DNA of 63,997 nt, the filler included, from Catajapyx aquilonaris (taxonomy: Eukaryota), in the NCBI GenBank assembly GCA_000934665.2. It is 4 parts of 4 records of this genome, joined end to end, with 100 filler letters (N's around TTAATTAATTAA, not from the genome) between each part and the next. Parts side by side here need not be neighbours in the genome. Positions count along the whole stretch, not along the records: positions 1 to 15,961 come from JYFJ02007334.1; 3 more parts are not named here. One strand, given 5' to 3'. Below are positions 1 through 11,910 of the stretch, one piece after another (positions within the stretch are counted from its first letter, which is position 1; every line of letters starts with the position of its first letter). Position numbers and translations under genes: made by a program. Below the pieces are notes generated by a model. The model had not been told where the DNA came from. It saw nothing but the letters and a program-made list of their open reading frames with translations, and made no database searches.

Positions 1-309
1 CTCATGACTTATACCGGTCATCGACCTTGGACCTTCTTCACCAAACCTTCCCTGTTCCCTCCTCCTAATTATGTCCATCCTGTCGCCTGTCCCGCTTTCC
101 CCTTTCCCCTCCTCTACATCTGGCTGTGACCCCGCGTAGCCGAGTCCTTCCTGCTATCCTGCAACCTTATTTACCCCAACTTGGAACTTGACCCCCGGAG
201 TGAGGACCCCAATAAATACCAGGCGCGCTTCATGATAATGAGCACCAACAGAATCAGCACTGCAGGAACAAAATTGAAAATACGAGGCAGAAATACAGTA
301 TTGGGAGGG

Positions 310-411
310 AAAGCTAGTCGCCAAAGTGGCGACTAGCCATCTTTATTCAGTCGCCAATGGATAACCTAAAGTCGCGAAATGCGACTGGCGACCAGTTAAT
401 TTCGAACCCTG
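310..411. mobile_element. One end of a DNA transposon/MITE in ZF0 intron 2
   Basis: Repeated GTCGCC/GGCGAC subterminal motifs ending TTTCGAACCCTG. The sequence then resumes similarity to ZF1 intron 2 (actgaatccttag). Confidence 0.45.
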
Positions 412-501
412 ACTGAATCCTTAGGTTTGATATCACTTAAAATTCGTATGCCGCCTAAATTGTTGGTTACATTTTGTGTGACTCAACATGCATATACACA
501 C

Positions 502-1020
502 CTTCCTGGTCCTTTTATCTGTAATGGCCAAGGGATCATCCACATCATCGGGGGCATCCGACATGGCAACTGAAGCCTCTTCTTCCTCCACCTTGATGCT
601 GCTGATGTCTTGCACTGGACCAACTGGATTCAGATGAAAGTGTGACGAGATGTCTTCCTCAATCCCAATCTTCCAGGTCTCCTCTATAGTGATTTCCTCA
701 TCATCACACCCTTCTCCTCTCTCTGTCTTAACCTCTGTCTTAATGGAAATAGGTTCATTCCTATAATAACAAAAAATACACACTTTTGTCAATGTAAAAA
801 AATAAATAAAAAATAATCTGCAATCCCCAATATTCAAGCTCAATTCCATTAATTTTCTATGTACCCAGGACTATGCGAGCGTGACTATTACACCCATCCC
901 TCCCGCAGCTTGCACCACTCACTTCGAATCATCTCCTGGCTCCATTCCCGGCTCAGTTTTCGCCAAAATAGGAGAAAATAAGGAAGGAAAATCGTCCGTG
1001 GAACGAAAAGGGGCCGCCAT
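502..1020 (-). CDS. ZF0: 5' exons of a C2H2 zinc-finger gene (finger exon expected left of the window)
   Basis: Exon 1 1020-923 (ATG..AA|gtgagt) splices in phase to exon 2 760-502 (tag|G..AAG|gtgtgt), giving MAAPFRSTDDFPSLFSPILAKTEPGMEPGDDSKNEPISIKTEVK...DAPDDVDDPLAITDKRTRK. Close paralogue of ZF1 exons 1-2. Confidence 0.8.
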
Positions 1021-1229
1021 CTTGGAATTTGTATTGATTTTTTTATATTCTGGGTGCGTTCAGAAATCACAGCCTGCAAAGCGGCGTTTTTTCAAATCGC
1101 ATCGCTGCTGTCATCAAGAGCCGCTAGTTCTCAACCAGTAGCGGTTATCATGTAGCGTTAGTCGTTACTCGATCAAAGTGCTATAAATAATTATTGATTG
1201 GAGTCAATTTAACTCGTGCGTTATCGATA
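1012..1229 (-). promoter_or_regulatory. Conserved promoter/5' block of the ZF genes (other copies ~3622-3752, ~8898-9034, ~11585-11724)
   Basis: Plus-strand motifs GCCATCTTGG (YY1/Pho-like), GGGTGCGTTCA and AGT(A/C)GCGGTTATC recur upstream of each exon 1; TAGTCG(T/C)TACTCG recurs in three of the four copies. DRE-like TATCGATA at 1222-1229 in this copy only. Confidence 0.6.
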
Positions 1230-1665
1230 TTGTTGTAGTCCTTCAAAATTTTAAACTGCATCGAAATTGAAGGTTTATTTCTCCATAAACATATATACAG
1301 GTACCGTATTCAAAATATGTGCAAAACATGCGTAAAAAACCCATATTAAAATTGGGGCAATTTTTATTTTATTTATGTACTTTAAATATGTGCATTTAAC
1401 GTTTCAAAAAAACTAAGCATTACAAGCAGCAAAACTGTTGATGGAAAAAAAATTAATTTTGAAACCTATCTCATTCACTCACGTTATTATTTTGTCCATT
1501 TTTTACACCGATTCACTTTACGCTGCCGCAGTGTTGTGGCAACAAATAACTGGGCACCACCGGTATGATAGTGGCTAACCCCTAGCTGGAAATTTACCTC
1601 CAGTGACATAAAATGTATGGCTACTATGACCAGAATGTACAAGGATATAATTATGCACCTGGCAA

Positions 1666-3630
1666 CTAGGTGGTTTCTTTGTGATACTTAATCATGTGTC
1701 TTTTCAGAGACGTTGCCTTAACAAACGTTGCGCTGCAAGCCTTGCATTTAAATGGCTTTTCTCCTGTGTGAGCTCGCGCATGTCTTTTTAAAGCCATAGG
1801 ATAAGAAAACTTTTCTCCGCACTCATCGCAAGAAAAGGGCTTCTCCCCTGTGTGCTTTATTCGCATGTGTGTGGACAGAGTAGAGGAATCCCTAAATGAT
1901 ATCTTGCAAATCTGGCAGCTGAACGGTTTTTCTCCCGTGTGCGTACGCGTGTGCTTTTTTAAACTACTTTTCTGAGAAAAGCTTTTCTCACAAATATGAC
2001 ATGAAAATGGCTTTTCCCCTGTGTGAGTTCTCACATGTCTCTTTAAATCAGCCGAACCATAAAACATTTTCCCGCAAGCATCACAACCAAATGGCTTATC
2101 GCCTGTGTGAGCCCTTATATGTTTTTTTAAATCGGATGAGGTATAAAACATTTCTCCACAGGCATCACAACAATAACGCGTCTCCCCCCTGTGCCTTCTG
2201 GTGTGTGTGGTCAGAGTATAAGCGTCCCTAAATGTTGCATTGCAAATCTGGCAGCTAAATGGTTTTTCTCCAGTGTGACAACGCGTATGTCTTTTTAAAT
2301 GACATTTCCCAGTGAAGCCTTTCCCACAAATAGGACAAGAAAATGGCTTTTCCCCTGTGTGAGTCCTCACATGTTTTCGTAAATCAAATGTGTTACGAAA
2401 CGTTGTCCCACAAAGATGGCAAGAAAATCGCTTCTCTCCTGCTCCTGTGTGCATCAATGTATGTTGTTTCAAGTCTGAAGGCAGAGCAAACTCTTCTCTG
2501 CAAATCAGACACCTAAATAGTTGCACCCCAGAAGTCTTGGCCGTCTCTCTCGTCATGTGAGTTGTGAACCCAAATGGGGCACCAGTGCTCAATCCACTTC
2601 CATTGGGAGTCCCACAAGGCACATGCAATGGCTTGACTCCCGTCAAATTTCCTGCACAGGTCTTCTTCTCTTCTCCCTGAAATATGTCAGTATTTTAGTG
2701 GAATGATGCAAAGTGATAATGATATGAAAAGTTTGACAATGCAGATAGTTGCAGAATCGATGACTTTGTTACCGATGTAGCGGAGCAGGAGTAACTGACC
2801 TTAATGCCCACAATTTCTTGTTTATAGACATTCAGCTACTTTTCTCGGAGGTTTTTTTTTTTAATTGTGAGTGGTTAGGTTAGGTTCTTAAAAGTTACCT
2901 GTTATTGCACTCCAAAATAATTTGAGTTACATATCGCCCATGCCTCACGTTGAAAAGAACAAAGTCTCTCCTCCGTTTGAAGTGACATTACTGAATCCTT
3001 AGTTTTGATGTCACTTAAAATTCGTATGGTCCTTGACTTGTTGATTAGCTTTTTGGTGACTTACACACCTTCCTGGTCCTTTTATCTGTAATGGCCAAGG
3101 GATCATCCTCATCATCAGGTGCATCCGATATGGCAACAGACGCCTCCTCTTCCTCCACCTTAACACTGCCGACGTCTTGCCCTTCAATTGCTGAATGGTC
3201 ATAAAAGTGTGGCAAGATGTCCTCCTCATCACTTTCCTCTTCAGTCAACTCCGTCTTAATGAAAATTTGCTCGGTCCTGAAATACAAATAAAGACACTAG
3301 TGAACAGTTGCCACAAGCAGTATCACATTACCATTTTAGAATAACAGCAATACAAATTAGAAATACAGAGCCTGATTACATTAGTAATCTAGTGTATTTA
3401 AAATAATAAAAAATCGCCATCAAGTAATGTTCAAGCCGTTCAAGCTCAATCATTTCCATCAATTTGCTATGTATCCATGAGTGTGCAAGTAGAGCTGTCA
3501 CTCCCACTCCTTCCACAACGTCCCATACTCACTCCGGACCATCTCCAGTGTCCATTCCAGGCTCAGATTTCGCCAAAATTGGCGAAAATAAGGAAGGAAA
3601 ATCGTCTGCGGAACGAAAAGGGGCCGCCAT
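1666..3630 (-). CDS. ZF1: C2H2 zinc-finger protein, 10 fingers, 438 aa, 3 exons
   Basis: join(3630-3533, 3276-3069, 2676-1666). All introns are GT-AG with consistent phases (2, 0). 10 CxxC...HxxxH units with TGEKP-type linkers. Confidence 0.9.
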
Positions 3631-4010
3631 CTTGGAAATTTGTTGGGTGCGTTCACAGCTTCCGAGACTCGCCCCTCTGGAAAAAGCAGCGATTTCAAAA
3701 ACACATCGCTGTTATTATAAAAATCGCCGCTCCTCGCCAGTCGCGGTTATCGGATAGTGCTAAATGGCTAATCATTCAAAGCAATGTTGGCGAAAAAAAT
3801 AATAATTGCGAAACTTATCTCATTAACTCACATAACATAATGCGCAGGTGTAAACGCTGACAGTCACGCATCATGCGGAAGTATACAACATGTCAGTTTA
3901 TAAAACAATTTATTGCATGATCACGTGACCTTCGTACTTCATTTACAATCCACATTTTATTTCCCCTGAGCGAAAACTCGCCAAAACAAATGTCTCTCTA
4001 AATCTCGCAA

Positions 4011-5030
4011 CTAAGTGGTTTCTCCGTGATAATTTGTCATGTGTCTTTTCAGAGAATATGCCTTAACAAACGTTGCATTACATGCCTTGCATTTAAATGG
4101 CTTTTCTCCTGTGTGAGCTCGCACGTGTCTTTTTAAAGCCATAGCATCGTAAAACTTTTCTCCGCACACATCGCAAGAAAAGGGCTTCTCCCCCGTGTGC
4201 TTCATTCGCATGTGTACGGACAGAGTAGAAGAATAACCGAATGCTACATTGCAAATGTGACAGCTAAACGGCTTTTCTCCCGTGTGAGTTCGAATGTGCT
4301 TTTTTAAACCACTTTTCCAAGCGAAGCTTTTCTCACAGACATGACATGAAAATGGCTTTTCACCTGTGTGAGTCCTAACATGTCTCCTTAAATCAGCTGA
4401 ACCATAAAACATTTTCCCACAAACAACACAACCATATGGCTTATCGCCTGTGTGAGTCCTTTTATGTTTTTTTAAAGCGGATGAGCTATAAAACATATCT
4501 CCGCACATATCGCAACCATATGGTGTCTCGCCTGTGTGCCTTCTCGCATGTGTGGTAAGAGTAGAAGAATCCCTAAATGTTGCCTTGCAAATCTGGCAGC
4601 TAAATGGTTTTTCTCCAGTGTGACTTCGCATATGTGACTTTAAACCACTCCCCTGAGTGAAGCTTCTCCTACAAATACGACATGAAAATGGCTTTTCCCC
4701 AGTGTGAGTCCTCACATGTTTTCGTAAATCAACCGCACATCTAAACATTTTCCCACAAAGATGGCAAAAAAGTTGCTTCTCTCCTGCTCCTGTATGCATC
4801 AATGTATGTTGTTTCAAATCTGAAGGCAGAGTAAACTCTTCCCTGCAAATCAGACACCTAACTGGCTGCTCTGCGGAAGTCTTGGCTATCTCTCTCACTC
4901 CGTTAGCCGTCAAATCAAATTGAGTACCAGCACTCAATCTGCTTCCACTGGGAGTTCCATAAGGTACATGCGATTGTGATCCGGGGGCCAAAAAAAGTGT
5001 GATTTTCCATTGACTTATCATTAATTGCAT
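4011..5030 (-). CDS. ZF2: intact 10-finger C2H2 ORF, paralogue of the ZF1 finger exon, lacking exons 1-2 and the splice acceptor
   Basis: 339-aa ORF collinear finger by finger with ZF1. Similarity to ZF1 stops at ~4975. No acidic exon or promoter block lies between it and ZF3. Confidence 0.7.
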   Translation of the reverse strand: MQLMISQWKITLFLAPGSQSHVPYGTPSGSRLSAGTQFDLTANGVREIAKTSAEQPVRCLICREEFTLPSDLKQHTLMHTGAGEKQLFCHLCGKMFRCAVDLRKHVRTHTGEKPFSCRICRRSFTQGSGLKSHMRSHTGEKPFSCQICKATFRDSSTLTTHARRHTGETPYGCDMCGDMFYSSSALKKHKRTHTGDKPYGCVVCGKMFYGSADLRRHVRTHTGEKPFSCHVCEKSFAWKSGLKKHIRTHTGEKPFSCHICNVAFGYSSTLSVHMRMKHTGEKPFSCDVCGEKFYDAMALKRHVRAHTGEKPFKCKACNATFVKAYSLKRHMTNYHGETT

Positions 5031-5261
5031 TTAAATCACATTTTCATAAGCAGTAGTTACAAATTTATAATCATTACATGGGTTAAAAATGGCCTTTGAA
5101 GATGATTTAGAGTAGGACTATTCAAAATATATCAAAAAATGACAGTAGCCATGATCATTGGGAGCTTAACGTTTCCCTCCCTTGTGCTTGGCCATGTGCC
5201 TTTTCAATTTAGATGAATCAATAAACTTTGACTTGCAAATCTTGCAATTAAATGGCCTTTC

Positions 5262-8200
5262 TCATGTGTGAATTTTACCATGTTTTTTTAAAGCAGCTGA
5301 ACGAATAAATTTTTTCCCACAAATATCGCAACAGAAAGGTTTCTCTCCGGTGTGCCGTCTGATATGTACGGTCAGAGAAGATGAATCATTGAATGTTAAA
5401 GTGCAAAATTGGCAGGCAAACGGTTTTACTCCTGTGTGAGTCCGCATGTGCTTGTTTACATCACCAGCGAAAGTAAATACTTTCCCACAAAGGTGACAGC
5501 GATGTGGCTTCTCTCCTGTGTGAGTCAACATGTGTTGTTTCACATAGTATGGCCTAGTGTACTCCTTTTTGCAAATTTTACAGCTAAATGGTTTTACTCC
5601 CGTGTGCGTTTTTGTATGTACTTTCAAATAAGATGGATCACTAAATGCTGCACTACAAACCTGACATTTAAATGGCTTTTCACCAGTGTGAATCCTCACA
5701 TGCCTTTTTAAATCACTAGATCGACCCAGCACTTTCCCACATAAATGGCAAGAATATATCTTCTCGCTTTTGAGCAAAAACATATGATTTTTCAAATCTG
5801 AAGAGCTAGAAAACTCTGTCTTGCAATGCTCAGAATCAAATGGTTTCCCTCTGGTGTCCATACTCGTATGCGTGCTCAAAAGAGATGATGACTTAAATCC
5901 TGTTCCAATATCAGTCACATTTTCTTCATAAGTCGTCCCCTCTTCTTGCTGAAAGATGTCAATAATATTAGTGTAATCCTTCCATCCATCTATGAAAATG
6001 GGTTTGATTACCAATGGCAAATGAGCCTTATCTACACCAGTTTCTAGATGATTACAGTATGCTGATTGTGCTTTTCAAGTATACAGGGTGGTCCAAGTTC
6101 AAGTGTCATTTTATAACGGCGATTAATAGCAGTGATTTTGCGATGACGGAGCAGCGACGCGTAAAATGTCCCACTTCGGCGCATCTTCGGCGCCATCGAA
6201 GTGGGCAATTTTACACGTCGCTGCTACGTCATCGTTAAGCGCTTCTATTAATCGCTGTTATAAAACGACACTTGAACTAGGACCACCCTGTAATATTGAA
6301 GCCAGGATCACTATTGCATCAGATCATAACACAGTTAGTCACTAATAATGCAGAAAAATGTGAGTCTCAATCAAGGAACTGATATACATCCATCGAAACT
6401 CATTTGAATATGCAGAAACTGGCCACGTATCTTGTAAAATCATGCAAAATTTGCATGCGACTGATTATATGTTGATTAACTCATTACGCTTATGCACCTG
6501 ACTGGTCCTGCTGTCTGTAATGGCCAAGGGATCATCCGCGTCATCAGGGGCACACGTCATGGTAAACGACACCTCTTCTTCCTCTTCCTCCACCTTAACA
6601 ATGCCGATGTCATCCACTTCAACTTCCGAATGGCGATCAAAGGAAGTCAAGGCCTCTTCCTTAATCCACGTCCGCTCCATAGCAATGTCCTCATCACCAC
6701 ACCTTTCTTCTTTCTCCTCTATTTTAAGGGCGATAGCCCTTAAGTAAGACCGTAGCATAGATTTCAACAATGAATTTCTTCAACATCTTCTTCTTGTTGT
6801 TGTTACGCTTTTTTTATTCGCCCTAACTCAAGTTCTGCTGTAGGTAGAGCTTCCAAATTTTGAACACAGATGCCCACCGTCGTGAAGTGCATTCCTACCA
6901 TTTACAGCTAAACTCAATTCCTCTTCAAAACGCCGCAAAAAATTTAAACCCACCAAAAAATACGTCTATATTTTTTTGCTCAATAACTATTCGGAATTCG
7001 GTTCCTTCATCAAAGGGCCGAAGGTGCAGTGGGATGGTGCGGATCTATGTTCAAAATCTCACAGTTCCATCTGCTGCAGGATTGGAGCTGGGATTTTTTT
7101 ACCTGTTATTTTTCTGTCATTAATTCATTTGTTCATAATCCCATCACCTAGAAACGACAATCTTGTTTACCCACTAGCCATATTGTTATTAGCCAAATGT
7201 TACCCTGGCCTGGCGCTGGTGTGAACGCATTGCACTTATTACAGATTTGCAGTTGAATCCGGATATAACAGCCTCGGCTATAACAGACTTGGTTATAAAG
7301 GCTGTCCCGGCATGCTTCCATTAGGCACTGTGTATTTGCACTCCTGATATAACAGACTCATTTTCACCTCACCTCCGGTATGACAGACCATTTCTTGGAC
7401 CCTCGGTGGGAAAATACAGTATTGTTTTCCAGGTATAAAATGCAAAAAGGAGACGGCAGAAGGAAATTTCGGATATTTTGGTCCTGCATAATTTTCGGGT
7501 GAGCCAATATTACATTTGTGACAGATTTCATTAATCGGTATGTAGTCTAGTAGTGCATAGTACATCCATATGGAAATCAGAAATTTATGTTTTCGTTGCT
7601 TGACGATTCGGCTATAACAGACCTCGGTTATAACATACTTTTTTCGCAGTCTCTTGAAGTTTGTTTTATCCGGATTCAACTGTACTAATTAAATCAGACT
7701 AATAATAATAATAATAATAATCAAATCAGACTAACTGTTGGCTGGTAGCACTCGACTTTCGTTTTTTTACGACTATCTCTCTGAAAATAATTTTAGGAAC
7801 TTCTAAGCGACGAAAATCGTCTCCAATGGATTCATAGCGCAGACTGTATAGTGTAGAGCATAAGTTATGTGTACTGTCAAAAAAGAACTGAAATTAGATC
7901 AAAAACTTTCCCTTCAGTAAAAAAAAGATAAGTAAGACCTCCGCGGCGGAATAAAAGTACTGAAACAAGGCAGGCGCACGTAAGACCTTCACCAATTGAT
8001 TTAAGCTGTACCATAGGTCTTACTCAAGCAATTCTCAGGTACGGTATGGAACGTCTCGTAAAATGACTGCTGCAAACTACTCAGAGCAGTAGGTAGGATT
8101 TTATTATGAAAGGAAAAAAATGGGGGGAAAACTAAACCCATCCTAACAGACTTGGTCCAATCGAAAAAGACCCTCTAAAATTCACCAATTAACGTTTATA

Positions 8201-8839
8201 TGTGAAAAATTAAATGTTAGAGTTAAAATCAGCATCTAAAAGAGGTGACGATTCTGCATAAATGTTTCATAGCAATAATTTGCATAATCGGATAGAAATT
8301 CAATGCGCTTAATATTGAAGTTCCTAGTTTCATAAAACACTAATATGGAGTGGCTCATGGAAAATTAATGGGTGGAAATTTCGTCGTACTACTATTACTA
8401 TTAACTATAGGTCTGTAGTTACTGCTAACTTAGCAGTATACCATTGCACTACACTGGTACTGCTAAGTTAGAAGTAGCTAGTAGTACGACAGAAATTCCA
8501 CAAATTTGTTTTCAGAAAGGAGATTTCATGAGCAGTGAATTGGAAATTGCTTGAGTAAGACCTATGGTACAGCTTAAATCAATTGGTGAAGGTCTTACGT
8601 GCGCCTGCCTTGTTTCAGTACCTTCATTCCGCCGCGGAGGTCTTACTTATCTTTTTTTTACTGAAGGGAAAGGGCAAAGTTTTTGATCTAATTGCTAATG
8701 GCTTGAGGTTCCTTAAAAAAATTAATTATAAAACATCAGTAATGTATGACTTACAATAATGACTTACAATTTTTATTTAGTAAATTTTAACAACAATTTT
8801 CAAGTCCAATACTCACTTCCCATGAGCTCCTGGCTCCAT
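5262..8839 (-). CDS. ZF3: C2H2 zinc-finger gene, 6 fingers before a premature TGA (7th finger follows the stop); possibly pseudogenising
   Basis: join(8839-8817, 6738-6498, 5948-5262), phases consistent. Linker HT-TGA-ERPF is followed by an intact finger ending KHKGGKR-TAA at 5166. Confidence 0.75.
6084..6290. mobile_element. Fold-back MITE, Tc1/mariner type
   Basis: TA|CAGGGTGGTCC...GGACCACCCTG|TA; palindromic along most of its length. Confidence 0.85.
7250..7682. mobile_element. MITE, Tc1/pogo type
   Basis: TIR CAGTTGAATCCGGAT / ATCCGGATTCAACTG; subterminal TATAACAG repeats. Confidence 0.75.
7892..8693. mobile_element. MITE with ~140-bp inverted arms
   Basis: ~7892-8033 is the near-exact reverse complement of ~8545-8693. 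Confidence 0.75.
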
Positions 8840-9176
8840 CCCAGGCTCAAAATAGAGGAAAATTAAGCAGGAAAATCGTCTGCGTAACAAAAAGATGACG
8901 CCATCTTGGATTTATTCTGGGTGCGTTCAGACTCGCCGATTAGAAACCGAATGTTTCAAATCACATCGCTGCTACAGAAAATCGCCGCTACTCTTAACTA
9001 GTCGCGGTTATCAAATTATGCTAGTCGTTACTCGGCTAAATAGATGTAACAAATTTATTATCATTAATTACATGGGCTTAAAATGGCTTTTTGACGATGA
9101 TCAGAGACTTTAGAGTCGGACCATGTGGAGCTAGATCAGGGGAGATCAAATGAACAGGAGCAGTAATCCTGGTAGC

Positions 9177-11276
9177 TTAAAGTTTCCCTCCCTTGTGTTT
9201 GGGAATGTGTCTTTTCAAAGTAGATGAATCACTGAACTTTGCCTCACAAATCTGGCAATTAAATGGCTTTTCTCCCGTGTGAGTTCTAACATGTCTTTTA
9301 AAAGCAGTTGAACGAATAAACTTTTCCCCACAAACATCACAACGGTAAGGTTTCTCTCCAGTGTGCAGTCTGACATGTACGGACAGAGCAGACGAATCGC
9401 TGAATGCCACGTTGCAAAACTGGCAGGCAAACGGTCTTTCTCCTGTGTGAGTTCGCACATGCCGTTTTAAATCCCCTGCGTGCGTGAACACTTTCTCGCA
9501 GAGGCGACAACTATGTGGCTTCTCTCCTGTGTGAGTCAGCATATGTTTTTTCACACCGTATGACCTAGTGAACTCCTTTTTGCAAATTTGACAACTGAAC
9601 CCTTTCTCTCCAGTATGGACTCTCATATGTGTTTTCAAATGAGACGAATCACTAAATGCTGCATTACAAACCTCACAACTAAATGGTTTTTCTCCCGTGT
9701 GAGTTCTCACATGCCTTTTAAAATCAGATGAACCAGACAGCATTTTCCCACATAAATGGCATAAATGGTCAGGATACATCTTCTCTCTTTTGTGCAAAAC
9801 CACAGGTTTTTCCAAATCAGAAGAGCTAGCAAACTCTGTCTTGCAATGCTCAGAATCAAATGGTTTCCCTCTGGTGTCCATACTCGTATGATTGGTCGAA
9901 AGAGATGACGACTTAAATCCCTCGTCAACGTCAGTCCCATACGGTACTTCCGGCTGGATAACCTTCTTCACATTTCCTTCATATGTCTTCTCCTCTTCTT
10001 GCTGAAAGATGTCAATATACAGTATTAGTAGAATCCTTCCATCCGTCTATGAAAATGAGTCTTATTATCCACACCATCTAGCTAGATGATTACAGAGTGC
10101 TTATTTTGCTTTGAAAATTTAAATTGAAGCCAGAATCACTCTCATCATACCACGATCAAGTTGGCACTAATAATTAAGAAAAACGTGAGTCTCAATCAAG
10201 AAATGGAACTGATAAACACCCACCAAAATTCATCTGAAAATGCAGAAACTACAGGACTTGCTATGTATTGTGCGCAATATTATTGGCGTAAAATATTTCT
10301 AAAACGTTCGGATATTTTGACAGCCTTGCAACTGCCATGTGAGTCAAATCACCTGGGATATTCTACACCACCGATAAACACATAACAGAGATAATATCCA
10401 CATTTTAAACGCATTCTGTACCGTATTTTGCTGGAATTTGTTCCTGACCTGCACAAAACCTATTGACACATTCTCCTCCCTGGTGAATGCATGAAGATAC
10501 GCATAATCATAATTTTAACAGTTCTGTCAGTCCCTCACTCTACCAATTGAAATACTCCCTGAAGCCATGAGTACTAAATGAATCCTTAGTTTTCCTCGGA
10601 CACACCATCCCAAACAAATAATGATTCATAATTCATACCCCGTTATCAGCCTGTCGGCTCTTTAGGGGGGAAGTTTTTGTTTTGCCTGGAACTCTTGCTA
10701 GGGACGGAAGGAAGCGGCTGTGGCCTATTAATTACGGAAGCAACTCCGGAATTTTCCTGGAAGGACCGTGGGAAACCACAGAAAACCACGGTCAGGACGT
10801 CACGCCAAAAGCCACGGTCACGTGACAAGAGCAAATCTGTCGGGACGGCTCCCCCCTGATGCCAACCTGCTTCGGTCTCATCCATCCCAAACAAATAATC
10901 ATTGCTAAAAATTAATTCATTTTTCTCTTGTTCATAACAGCCATCTCTGGTAATCCATGAAACATTAACTGAAGACACACGGCCATCTTTATGCAACTGC
11001 TGTAAGACTGTTGCTGTTGAGCTCATTGATCGGCTTTTGAGCGACTCAACAATCATGCTTACACACCTGGCTGGTCCTCCTATTTGTAATGGCCACATGG
11101 TCAGGTACGCCTGATGTGGTAACAGACTCTTCACCTTCCTCCACTTTAATGCTGCTGATGTCTTGCGCTTCAACTTCCGAATGGTAGTGACCGGGTGACA
11201 AGGTCTCTTCCTCAATCCACGTCTGCTCCATAGCGACGACGTCCTCCTCACCACGCCTTTCTTCCTCCTCCTCCAT
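9177..11276 (-). CDS. ZF4: C2H2 zinc-finger protein, 7 fingers (344 aa from the exon-2 ATG)
   Basis: Exon 1 (donor at 11494) has no usable ATG. Exon 2 11301-11067 has an ATG at 11276. Finger exon 10001-9177. Paralogue of ZF3. Confidence 0.8.
10623..10881 (-). mobile_element. tRNA-derived SINE, family A (head partly replaced)
   Basis: Matches 59490-59772; 18-bp TSD CCATCCCAAACAAATAAT (10605-10622, 10882-10899). Confidence 0.8.
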
Positions 11277-11910
11277 GTTAATTGCTAACGGCTTGATATT
11301 CCTGAAAATAATGAATTCTCAGTATAATGTGTGACATACAATGGGCCATGTGCAAGCTAGCGGAGAGTTGCAACTTGCAAATTGTGCGAGGATAACATTA
11401 GAGCAAAATCATTCACATCAATTTGCTATGTACCCAACAAAGTGTGAGTGCGACAATCACCCTCCACTCCTTCCAACAATGCCCAATACTCACTCCTCAG
11501 CAGCTCCTGTCTCCAAACCAGGCCCAGATTTACTCAAAAGGGAAGAAAATTAGGAAGGAAAATCATTTTCAAGAAGAAAATAACGACGCCATCTTGGAAT
11601 TCGCTGGGGTGCGTTCAGACTCGCCGATTGTAACACTTAACAAGAAGATAAGCGTCACTGTTATCTGAAATCGCCGCTACTTCTAACCAGTAGCGGTTAT
11701 CAGTTTAATGTTAGTCGCTACTCGTTCATTTGAACTGAATATAATATTGACAAATAAATGTTTTGCAAACGATTTTCACAGATTTTTATTATTTTTTTTT
11801 CCACGAAAATTGAACAAACTTTTGCATCGACCTAGTCCCGTGTGAATGTCGCTTTAAATCATGTCCTTTAGTGAAGAGTTGCCCACAAGAATATAACAAG
11901 AAAAATGGCG

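Noticed and set aside
5262..5264. Selenocysteine recoding of the ZF3 TGA
   Set aside because: The position is a linker Gly in paralogues, not Cys, and no SECIS was recognised.
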